This document shows positions 12,621 to 23,373 of a stretch of 64,000 nucleotides of DNA, piece by piece; the first letter of the stretch is position 1; each line of letters starts with the position of its first letter. This stretch comes from Vicugna vicugna (lineage: Eukaryota), in NCBI GenBank assembly GCA_013265495.1, contig MU058337.1, forward strand, positions 4,444,716 through 4,508,715, written 5' to 3'. The notes below the pieces were generated by a model. It made no database searches, had not been told where the DNA came from, and saw nothing but the letters and a program-made list of their open reading frames with translations. A program made the position numbers and the translations under genes.

Positions 12621-13299
12621 TGACAGTTAAACCCTCTTTTCCCACAGTCTGAATTCTACAAATAAATCTAAAACTAGACGGAAAAAATTCAAAAATAAGA
12701 AGCATCAGTATATCATTTAAGACTCTGAAGATCATATACCAAAGACTTAACCCTGGCTGAGCAGGAATTGGTGGGGAAGTGCAGAAAGAGGATTGAACTT
12801 TTCTTGTTACAAGACTTGTATAAGGTTCTTAAAACTATGTAGACATATTGAATACAATTAGAGTTTAAAAAAAAACCCCACTATACTGATGGGCTAAGAA
12901 TAGTTCATAATACAGCTAAAGAAATATGTCACCAAGTTGAGAAAGGACATAAATACCAATCTATCAATTTTCTGATCTTATTTCAAAGCCATATACACGA
13001 TACATTCCTCTACCTGTACCAGCAACACCGCCAGGGCGCACGGTCTATCTACAGCGTGGGCTAGTACAGCTATTTAAAAATACATACTGAGGATAAGACT
13101 TTATATGATTCTAAATCTGCCTGACTTACCAGGAGGGCCCTCTAGTTTCCCAGAGTAATGTAACTAACTCACAGGAATCACAGGTTTCTTTGAAACATAC
13201 TATAAATAACAAGGTTGACTCGGGAAAGACAGGCAAAACTACAGTAATTCAGATGTGCAGAAACTCATTTCCCAGCAGTCTTTCTTTTTGAAGCATATG

Positions 13300-13620
13300 G
13301 TGTCTTTGTCAGTTTAGGTGACACAGACTGGGTGGTTCAAACAACAGAAATTGACTTTCTCGCAGTTCTAAGGAGCACAAGGTCAGGGTGCTAGCATGGT
13401 CTGATTCTGGGGCCTCCCCAGCCCGCAGGCAAAGCCTTCTCACTGCATCCTCAGAGAGCAGAGAAAGCAAGCTGGCCCTTGTAATCCCACCACAGGCCCC
13501 ACCCTCATGACCTCACCTAACACTGTCACTTCTCACAGGTCCTGCCTTCTCATACTATCACACTGTGTGTTAGGACTTCAAAGTATGAATTCAGGGGTCA
13601 CACATTCAGTCCGTAACACA
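13300..13620 (-). mobile_element. MaLR MLT1A-like LTR
   Basis: cacagactgggtggttcaaacaacagaaatt ... tatgaattcaggggtcacacattcagtccgtaaca. Confidence 0.75.
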
Positions 13621-13664
13621 TGGAAAAAGCAGCAAAATTTGGACATTAATGCCTGCCACCTGCC

Positions 13665-14187
13665 TGTGACAGGTAGACTCTTAAGACGACCCACAGTCTT
13701 CCCTCCTTAGAGAAGGCAGAACTGAATACAATGAGGTTTCATCCTGTGAGGACATTACAGTAAGTAACATGACAAAGGTGGAGAGATTTTGCAGATGCAG
13801 TCAATGTTCCTACTCAGGTGACTGAGCTAATAAAAAAGAAGTGCCTCCTGGGGGCCTGACCTAATCAAGTGAGCTCTTCAAAAGAGAGACTGGGGCCATC
13901 CCCAAGGTCGTAGAGATGCACCTGCTGGCCTTGAAGAAACACAGTCATGCATGCCACAGCTGCAAGGAATGAGTCCCCCCAACGGCTATGTGAACTGGGA
14001 AGACCACTCTGAGCCTCAGACCAAAGCCCCAGCCAACACCTCACTGAGGTCTTGCGAGACTCTGTGCAGAGAATCACAAGTCGTGCCCAGACCCCTGACC
14101 CAAAGAACCAGTAAGACAGTAAATGCAGGAATGTACACGGCACACTGCTATTTTGTGCTAATTTGTTATGCAGCACAGAAACTAACA
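13665..14187 (+). mobile_element. MaLR MLT1 (E-like) LTR
   Basis: Contains gattttgcagatgcagtcaatg and ends gctaatttgttatgcagcacagaaactaaca. Confidence 0.7.
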
Positions 14188-14664
14188 TCCTGCCATAACA
14201 ACCTTCTCCAAAAGATCAGGTCTAAATATAATTCAGATAGATGGCAAAAGATCAAAAGAGTTAAATACAGTTCTTTAAATATCTTAATAATCACAAATTT
14301 ATTTTCCAAACTAATTCTGCATATTGTCTGAAAAGATAGGAGTACTGAATCACAATCAAAATCCTTGTTATCTAACAAGGTCATTAGCTAGTATCTCATG
14401 AACTGCTTTACATTTGTTTCCTAATCATATTTCACGTGAGCTTACCCCAGCCTTTCTGTCAAGTATGCAGAGTAAGACAAAGCCAGACATTCAAGTCCAT
14501 AAATACAAAAGCCTAAATATTTCATGTTTGAGTTCCCAGAAGGGAAAAGATGAAGGCAAAATGACATTCTCATCACTTTCCCTTTTAAAACTTAAAATTT
14601 TTAGAATTCAACCACCATATTGAAAAACAGATCCCAATTTTAAGCCCACTATCAAAAAGCAAAA

Positions 14665-15157
14665 ACAATGGCTTCCATGAAGACGGACCCTAGGGGTCCA
14701 CACCTCCTGATATCCATGCCCTTGTAAAACCCTCTCTCTGTAAGTGTATACTGGACCTACTTACTCACTTCTAATGAAAAGACCATGGCAGAGGTGATGG
14801 GATGTCACTTCCAACATGATTTTTATAAAAAGACCATGCCTTCATCTGGGCATGTTCAGACTGCTCAGCCTGGGAAGACAGATGCGTGTTGTGAAGCAAC
14901 ATGTATTCCCCCATGTGCTGAGGAACCCAGCCTGCCAATGACCACAGACTCCCCTCCCCCAGCCACATTGAGCCTTCAGATGAAACCACAGCCCTGGCCA
15001 ACAGTTAGCAAGCTCAGCAGAGATCCTGAACAGAGGCACTCAGCTAAGCCATACCCAGACTCTTGACTCACAAAAACTGTAAAAGAATAAATGTCTGTTG
15101 TTTTAAACCATGAAGTTTCAGGCTGATTTGTTATACAGCAATAGGGTAACTAATACT
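14665..15157 (+). mobile_element. MaLR MLT1 (F-like) LTR
   Basis: aataaatgtctgttgttttaaaccatgaagtttc...gatttgttatacagcaatagggtaactaatac is the MLT1 3' end. Confidence 0.75.
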
Positions 15158-15255
15158 CACCACACCATGAAAGGTAAGCGAAAAACGTTAAGATGCTCTA
15201 AGGTGACAGCACACAGAAAAAGAAAGAAATTCAATAAAAAGATAAAAGCTCCAAC

Positions 15256-15384
15256 CTTAAGCACTCTTCCTGAAAGACCAATAACTTCCCCATCTTTTGG
15301 CTCTACCACTGTAGCAGTATTCACATCACCACTTCCTGTTGTGTCAATGATGTCAATGATTTTTGGTTTTCCATCAGTTGTAAC
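15256..15384 (-). CDS. TPP2: TPP2 coding exon 2 (129 nt): [43 protein letters not shown]
   Basis: Acceptor ttttcag|GTT, donor AAG|GTTGGA. In frame with exon 1 and visible in ORF 15157..15402. Confidence 0.97.
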
Positions 15385-15619
15385 CTGAAAATTAAGAGAC
15401 AATTAAAACATGAATCATAGATTTTAGTTTCTTTCCTTAAAGCAATGCCAACCCCCACGTGTATGTGCATGTATATGTACACGTATATAAAATATCCTAT
15501 AAAATCTGCATTCATTTGGAAAAAATAACTAAATTATTCTAAGCCAAAAGCCTGACAAATACTAATGAGAAAATTCAGTCATGGAAAACACCACAGAATC
15601 CTTCAAATGGTTTTGTAAG

Positions 15620-16395
15620 TTCAGGTAACAAATACTTACTGAGGATTTACCAGAGGCCACATTCTGTGTGTGCTGCTGGGGACACAGCAATGATCAATAC
15701 ACAAAGTCCTTGACCTGACACACTTTGTGTTACGTGGACTCAATAAACAAATGAATCACATATATAACATGTCAGATGGTGATCATTCCCACGAAGAAAA
15801 ATTAAGGGAAAGGAGATGTGGTATGGGGCTTTCAATATCAACTAGGCTGGTCAAGAAGGGTCTAACTGAGAAGGTAACATTTGAGAAAAATCTGAAGAAG
15901 GTGCGTTTTGGACTGGACAAGGCCAAAACTTTAAGGGAAAAATGTTCAATAACATTTCATGGTTAGAGGCCATACTAATGCTCAAACTTCTTAAGTCAAG
16001 TTCAAACCTACTACTCAAACTTGTTTATCTCCGGGCTTTGCCATCTCAGGAAATCAACACCTACCCAGCTGCTCAAGCCAGAAACTTAAAAGTCCTCCTC
16101 TGACTCTTCAGTTTACTCCTCACAGCAAATCTGCCAGGAAGTCCTCGTAGTTCTACCTCTAAAGTGCAGTTCAAATCCACCTTTTCCTAATGCAGATCCT
16201 GTCCTCCCCTGCACCCTGCGGGGCCCTCAGAGATCACTCTGGAAAGCCTCTGCCGGCGGGCCCGGCCCTGCCCAGGGCCCCAGGGCCCCAGGGCCTCCTG
16301 TCAACTCCTGGGAACTGCCCTCCTCCTTCCTGCCTCAGATCCTTTCGTACACTCAGCAGTGCCTGGTAGGTACTCAATACATATTTGGTTGCTGG
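15620..16395. mobile_element. L2 remnants (two fragments, opposite orientation)
   Basis: aacaaatacttactgagg...ctggggacacagcaatga and cagtgcctggtaggtactcaatacatatttggtt are L2 3'-end motifs. Confidence 0.55.
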
Positions 16396-17689
16396 ACGAC
16401 CTGATGCTGATCTCTCAGCACTAAGACCAACTTTCCTCAGGTGTGTTTCCCGGCCAGCCCCAGACCTTCGTTTGGGCCATACTGACTGCTACAGCTAACA
16501 GTAATACTGAATTTCCATACTGCTTTTGTCAGAAAAACCAAATCTGGGCTCTTTCGGAGCTAGTTTTGCAGAGGAAACTTGCAGCATTCAAGATGCCGAC
16601 ACTGAGTTAACAACGGGAATTAGGCACGGGGACACAGAAAAGACTGAAAAAAGAAGACCTATCCCCCCCAAACCTCAAAAGAGAAACAGAAATGCAAAAA
16701 TAAATGGCAACCGTGTGACCAGACCACAGCCTTCCGAATCCTTCTCCACCCGGAGAATCCACCGTCTTTCAGATGAAGCTCAGTGTCTGTATCTGGGAGA
16801 CCAGGTCACGCGCCCCACTCCCAACACCAACCGCAGGGTCCTCAAAGCTTTGTAGCTAAGCTGCACCCAGAAGGAGGACAGGGAATTCACTATGAGGAGA
16901 AACTAAGAAACAGTTTTTAATTTACAAGGCAAAACAAGGGGGTGGCTGGTGGATTCCAAATTTCACTCCAATTGTCAACCACCCGGGGGCGACTGCTGCC
17001 AGGGCCGCAGAGCTGTTATCTTCATGTTCAGTCATTCCGAAGCTGCATGTTCACTTCTCGGGGGCTGACTACACTAGTAACAAGCATTCTAATTTGCTCA
17101 GAAGGCTCAAAGCCATAATGTAAAACAAAACATCACTGTGGAAATCATACCAATGTTATAAAGTTATGGTAAAACTTAAATCAGATACTGATTTTGAAGG
17201 GACTGGCTAAACATCTTTAAAAATACAACAAAGTGAAAATAAAGTCATGAAGGAAAATGAAAAAGAAAATCTAACAAAAATAGAAGCCACTAAGAGGAAG
17301 TTAATACTCTCCTATAAAGTTAAAACTAGCTAGATCACGTACCAAGAACATAAGCGAAGAATCTTGTTTTAAAATGTATTTCAAGTAAGTACATAATTTG
17401 AAAACTACACCATAGCACTAAGAACACAAATCATTTGTCTTCATTTTCTCAATGAGCAAACAGCTTCAGTGACTTGAGATCAAGAATCACAAGAGATCAC
17501 TAACAAGTCAGGCACAGATCCCTTCATTAGAAACTTCCTTATCAGCACGTGAGCAAAGGAAGAATGCCTAACGGGGTTTAGGGGCTTATTTACCATCCAC
17601 TATCGCCATGAGCTTTACTCACTAGGACCTCTCTCCCACTAAAAATTCTTATAAATGCAGTCTTCTATTGATGTGCCTGTTCCTTCACC

Positions 17690-19350
17690 ATTAGGTAAGG
17701 AGAGCCACTCCACTGGAGATAATAAGACACAAGAGGGAATTTAGGGTCAGGAAGGAGAGGTTTTGAAAAGACATCAGCTGAGAACTGTGCAGCAGAGCTC
17801 TGAGAGGAGAGACCGAACTGCTAACATCAGGCCTGCAGCCTTTATCTCTCGGTAGCGGAGAGGGGAGGTCACAGGGGAAAGAGGGTCTGGAGGTGCAGTT
17901 ATGAGGCGAGCTAAGGTGATAAGCCCTGGGAACTGCGGTGGGAGGCTGAGAGACGCTTACTGGGCAATGCTGGCTGAACAACAGAATCGGCCTACAGCTT
18001 CTCCCTAAAATGTCAAGAATCTAAGTTACTTTGTTTCTCCACTGAAGCTGTTACGGTGGAGGAGTTGGGGAGGGTTTGCAGAGGATCAGAACAAAAGGAG
18101 TGAAAACCTCAAATTATCTTGCATGAAACAAAATGAATGTATGATAAGTATTTACTTGAAGTTTCAGGGAAGACACTGAGAATACTCTTTCAAGCAAAGA
18201 AAGGTATTTCATAAACAAACACTATATTTAATGACTATTATTCCAAGAACATTATGCTGAATGAATGACGGGCTTTGCTTACAGTCCAGTTAGGAAGACA
18301 AGTGAGAAAAGAGGGACAGCAACACAGGACAGTAAGTAGTAAAGGCAGGGGGGCATCTATGAGAGCAAGAAGAGCACAAAACCCGCCCGGGGAGTCGGGA
18401 AGGGCTGACGGAAAGGGAGGTAATACAACTTGAAACTGATTGACAGCACCCGGTGTTAGGGACCAAGTCCCCATCTGCAGTAATTTACTTACTGCACCCC
18501 ACGGCAGTTAACTGAATGTAAAAACAGGCTTTCTAGGACCACTTGTAACCTCCCCCCACAAGCCATTTTTTTCTCCATGAGGACATTATATACATTATCA
18601 CATATGTACATTTTTCCCCATTCAGCACAAACTGTTACAAGCACACTTCATATGAAATTAATTTGGATATATGATTTTGAAGAATTTCAACTTAGCCAGG
18701 AAACGGGTAGTAACCTGTAAACCGAGATACTAAAATGAAACATTTTCAGTGCTACAGGAGGATATGAACAAGCTGCTATGAGCACGAACAGGGAAAAGAA
18801 ACTGTCACCAGGCACTGGGCCTTATTCCTCTCTGAACTCCAGGTCCTAACACAGCGGCTGGCACAGACACATAAATACACAGTGGGGGGCTGAGTTAAAT
18901 TAGCAGATATCCCCAAAGTAACAGGGTGAAGGCCCAGCTGGGCATCTGGGGATTAAGGAGGAGTTTACAGGTGATCATAGAAGGCTTGCAGGCAGATTAA
19001 ACCCCACGTGCAAAGGCAGGTGCTGCGGAAAACCCTGGAACATCTGGGTGAGTGGAAAGGTGTGATATGTTCTTGGCGGAAGCACAGCATAGATGGCGGG
19101 GCTGGGAGCGGATGCGGGCAGAAGCAGTGGTGAGATGAGACCTGAGGTGACGCGAGGAGCTGTCCTTGGATGGGGAAGGGCCATGCAAAGCTCAGATTTG
19201 GGGGTTTTTATGCAAAGGCAACTACGATGCCCAAATAGTTTTGTTTTGTGTTAAGCAAGGGTGTGATGGGAGGGGTTTTTTTTCCAAGGAAAGTTAACTT
19301 TGACAAAGTGAAGAACAATCAATGTAAAGCAGGACTGGTGGCCGGAAGAC
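17690..19350. mobile_element. Scattered, highly diverged L2 remnants
   Basis: Purine-rich L2-like pieces, e.g. ggggaagggccatgcaaagctcagatttgggg...gttaagcaagggtgtgatgg. Boundaries uncertain. Confidence 0.4.
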
Positions 19351-21818
19351 CCGCTGGTCACCACCTGTTTATTTCCAGGCCCAGTCCAAGCCCCATCTCT
19401 CGACTATGAAGCTTGACGGGTCCAGTTCTCAAGGATCCCCTGATCAATCTCTGCTGACAGTTTCAGTCTGCAGGATTATGCCATCTCTTAATGCAAAATG
19501 TTAGGCGCCTGGGAGGTGCCTGAATAGTTACTGAGGAAAGACTTAATCACCTATTTAACTATTAGTCATGCAATCCACCCTCTACATTTAACAAGGCTCC
19601 ACAGCTGTCACTAACGAGAACTGGGCCCAAGGCTGGCACCAAAGAATGTGTCCCCACTGTGTTCCTGAAAGTTCTCTCTTGTGCTACTAGTCTGCTACTC
19701 AGACCCCATCTGCCTTCCCAAATGTTCAGTTCAAACTCCTCTTCCTGTTTCATTCTTTCCTTCCTTTTCATACCCACCTTATCTTTATGATGTATACACA
19801 GATCTACAAAATACATTTTTAAGTTAAAGGTAAGGGGAAAAAAAACCCTTAAAGAATTCACTTATGTTTCCCAGCCACCTTACTGAATTTCTTTCAAATA
19901 GCCATGTTTAGGTCAGTCTCTCAGAGTTAAGGTTGTTAGAAGATATGTGTTTTCATTTTACTTCAAATGTTAACTGCTCCAACATCTGGTATGACATGCA
20001 AATATCTAGTGCATGCTTATCCTTCAGAGAGTTGGCGATTTAAGATCCAGCATAAACTCCTTCTACTAAATATCCCTGCTTTTAAAAAAAAGTGTTTAAG
20101 ACTTTTTTGAGCACTTCAGAAAGTCACATGTAATTATCTCGGTTTTCATAGCAACACTGAGGGATGAGAGTTACTGTTACTTTATAGAGAGAGTAACAGA
20201 ATTATTTGATAAGCACGTGTGGGGAGTTCTACAAAAGCCTTTTTCCTGAGACCGTACTCCTCCAAACCCTTCTGATCCTCTTATTATCCTGACAAAAGAG
20301 CCAGTGAGCCACTCACCCCAGCTGTTCTCCCGCCACTTATCCCTATAAAAAGTAAACATACACTACAACAGAATGGAAACCATTAACCACCCTGTAATAA
20401 AGCCTCAATGAGGTGATAGCTGTCACTGTTGTAAGTCTTCAGAGTTATTAATACGACTGTACCACCAGAGTTACCAGGAGGGCACATGTCACCTGCTCCT
20501 CTGCTGATGCACCAGAGCTGCCTGGCAGGGCCACCAGGTGTGATGTACTCCTCAGCGCTGCTGAGGAATTAACAGGAGGAAGAGAGATTCCCAGAGGGAT
20601 TCTCTAGAGTCCGCCAGACTGCTTTCCTTGTTCCTCTGCATTACACCCTAACTTTCAAAATGCTACCTCAATTATTGGCACAGTCAAGGATCCAGAGGTG
20701 GGAGAGGCACCAGGGAGGAAGAGAATTATTAAACTTCAGCGTGTTAAGAAATACAGAGGAGGGACTGATACAAGGAAGAGAGCAGCATACAGGATGAGCT
20801 CGGTTAGACTTTTGGGAGATGGATCTTGAACAACGGTGAGATTGTTCCTTAGTGGGTTTCAGTTAAAGGCTAAGGCTAAATTTACAAAAGTTAGGCTTTT
20901 AAGGCTGTAATTAGAATGCTTTCAATCGAGAGACACGTGTTTAAAAAACACCTTTCGGTATGGTACCTTGACCTAACGATTTCAAAGGTGCCTCAGGCAA
21001 AACAAAATAATTTTAAAAAATCATACAGTATGTTGTTTAATGTTATGAGATTGGAAAAAAAATACAGAAGCATATTTTAATGCATCTGACAAGTTCGCCA
21101 AAAACAAACTAAAGTGGGTTCTTCTTCTGTCAAAGACTAAGCCATGCGTTTCAATAACCCTAAATTTACAAGTCCACTGCAGAAGAAGGTTTAAAAATAG
21201 AATACACAGAACTACCAGAGGAAACAATTCCGGAAGTTGACTGAGTTATCTCCTTGAAAGCCGGCTTTCAGGTTTCAAGACAAACCATTTCTCCCCCAAA
21301 AGAAACCGCCCTAACGACAGCAATAAAAAATGAAGTTCTGATGGGTCATTTACCCCTTTTCTATTTCCTCCCCACCCCCACCCTCCCATAAATAATAAAA
21401 CTGTAAAAATCCCCGTTTGTAAATAAGAGGCACGGGCCGGCAGGCGCCAGAGACACGAGGGACCTGCGGAGGAAGGCGGTGTGGTGGCGGCAGCCCGAGG
21501 GCCCGGGCCTGGCAGCGCCTGGGCAGGAAGGGGCTTCCTGGGCGAAAGGCGGACCCGGGCGCCCCGGCCAGCCGCGCTGCTTTTGTCTGGGCCGGGATCA
21601 CGGCCCAGCCGGGGCGCCCGGGCCCCGGCCCCTGTCCCCCGCGCCCCGCCGGGCCCCGCGCGCCTGCTGCCCTCCGCCTCCTCCCGGTGCCCCGCTCCCG
21701 CTCGGCCGCAGAGCGGGCTTCGGCCTGCCGGGCTCCGAAGCCGCGTCCCGGGCCCGCCGGCCGGCCGGCCCCCCGCGCCCCCGCGCCCCCGCGCCCGGGC
21801 CCGCGGCGGCCGCCCCAC

Positions 21819-21983
21819 CTGCATGCCCGGAGCGCCGGGGTCGACCCCGGTGTCCAGGACGGCGATGAGCACCCCCCGCCCGTCATACTCCGGGTAGCGG
21901 CAGAGGAAGGACGCGGCCCCGGTCTCTTTCTTCGGGAGGAGGCCGTGGAAGGGGAAGGGCTCCTCGGTCGCGGCGGTGGCCAT
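21819..21983 (-). CDS. TPP2: TPP2 coding exon 1 (165 nt): [55 protein letters not shown]
   Basis: ATG at 21983-21981. Contains the subtilisin (S8) catalytic Asp motif IAVLDTG (Asp44). Donor CAG|GTGGGG. Confidence 0.98.
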
Positions 21984-22069
21984 GGACGCAGGCTGGAGGA
22001 CGGGGAAGAGGCAAACTGCCAGGCTGCGCGCGGACGGGCGGCGCGAGGACACCCGGGCGGCCGCGGGCC

Positions 22070-22322
22070 TGGGCGGGGGCGAGGGGCGGGGCCGGCCGCC
22101 CGCCAATCCCGGCCCGCCATGGAGAGGCGGCCAATCACGCGCTGCTACGTAAGCCAACGGCGCCGCTCTCCGGAGCCGGGCCGGAGTGTTACCCGGGCCG
22201 CAGAGAAGAAGGCGGAGTCTGAGGCAGTGCTGGAGGGTTCGCGTCTCAAACCCGGGGTCTTAAGGACACGCGCGTTTGGCGTTTTTAGGGGAGGACCGGC
22301 TACCAAGCAAAGGGTCCACGTG
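22070..22322 (-). promoter_or_regulatory. TATA-less TPP2 core promoter: GC boxes, two CCAAT boxes and an E-box
   Basis: GGGCGG at 22071 and GGGGCGGGG at 22083-22091. CCAAT at 22103-22107 and 22131-22135 (inverted relative to TPP2). CACGTG at 22317-22322. No TATA seen. Confidence 0.8.
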
Positions 22323-22979
22323 TCCCGGGCTGAAACCCTCCCCGGGGGCCCGGTAAGGAAATGGCCCAGTCTGGAGTAGCGGGGACCCCTCGCTGGCAAG
22401 CGATGGTTTCAGAACTTGTGTTTGCAGACGAAACTTTTCGGCCCGCTGCTGCAGGATCCCCAGTTGACCCGGGAAAAGGGGGCCAACTCACGCGCGCCAA
22501 CCCCCCAGGAGTGTCGGATATTGGCTAAATGCCCAAATACAAATTTTTGAGAGGAAGTTCTTTGATTCAGTGGTGTAGGGCTGGTGTTCCCCTGCCTTCT
22601 CGAGTGCGTCCCTTTGATCGAGGTGGGGGAGGAATAGGGTGGGGATGAGCCCGAGCTTCAGTCAACAGGAAGTGGGTTGTTGGCCATTCTGTTGGTTTTG
22701 TAGCCAATGACAAAGTGCCAGACTGAAGTGGGCCCCTCCTATCCTCATTGCCTACCCTGGGCTTCTGGGATTTCTGAAAAACATTCCCTTTTATTTTCAC
22801 TTTAAATTCAAGTTCCTACTTGGTCCTCAAGGTTCTCCACTCAATTATCGAGCCATAATTTGCACTTTTTCAGATTAACAGGGGCGGCTATCAATTGCTC
22901 CATGCTGCACTAGTGACCCTTTAATGACGTTTCTGTCTGTGTTCATGCCAGGATAATCTGTCTTGCGTGTGCGCGCGCG

Positions 22980-23373
22980 TGCCAGAGGCTCCTTTGGCAA
23001 TGTGGTGAGGTTTACAGACCCCTTCCTCAGAGCAATTTTAAACTCTTAAAATGAAATATGTAGGATTATAAAGGAAATTATGTTGACATAGTTACCAAAA
23101 GTTGAAAAGCAACTTTCTTATATAGCAATTTTTATACATAACTTCAAAACAGTGAAGGGCATAAGTGATATTTTGAGACACCTGTAACAACTGTACTGTG
23201 GTAAGAAACTGATTCTTATTGGTGACACAGTAACTGCTAATACTGCTCTGTTACTGCCCACATCTGTAACGGAACTAAACAAAAGGTTAGTGAAAATAAG
23301 GATGTATTATTTTTTCCTACTCAAGTTTTTGAACCCTCATATTCTATCATGGACTCCAGGTCAAGAATGCCTG
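22980..23373. mobile_element. hAT-Charlie-type DNA transposon remnant
   Basis: Ends catggactccaggtcaagaatgcctg, like the Charlie terminal repeat ggaccccaggttaagaacccctg. Confidence 0.5.

Larger units (their letters stand above)
1..22060 (-). other. TPP2: TPP2 transcription unit, 5' portion (exons 1-5 and introns; continues past the left edge; TSS approximate)
   Basis: Five exons splice in frame into the N-terminal ~206 aa of tripeptidyl-peptidase II. I found no exon 6 in 1-3969. Confidence 0.96.
21430..22520. promoter_or_regulatory. CpG island covering the TPP2 promoter, exon 1 and the start of intron 1
   Basis: Abrupt switch to very high GC and CpG density against AT-rich flanks. Confidence 0.93.

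Noticed and set aside
22118..22120. Out-of-frame upstream ATG on the minus strand (possible uORF)
   Set aside because: It lies between the two CCAAT boxes, probably upstream of the TSS, so it is unlikely to be in the mRNA.
21246..22157. 303-aa ORF as a single-exon gene
   Set aside because: Only 21983-21819 is TPP2 coding; the rest is stop-poor GC-rich 5' flank and intron 1.
21350..22500. Several overlapping Pro/Arg/Gly-rich ORFs on both strands
   Set aside because: Expected by chance in a CpG island; no recognisable domain.
22770..22810. KIKGNVF resembling a short RPL19 peptide
   Set aside because: Only a few residues with no extension on either side; chance similarity.
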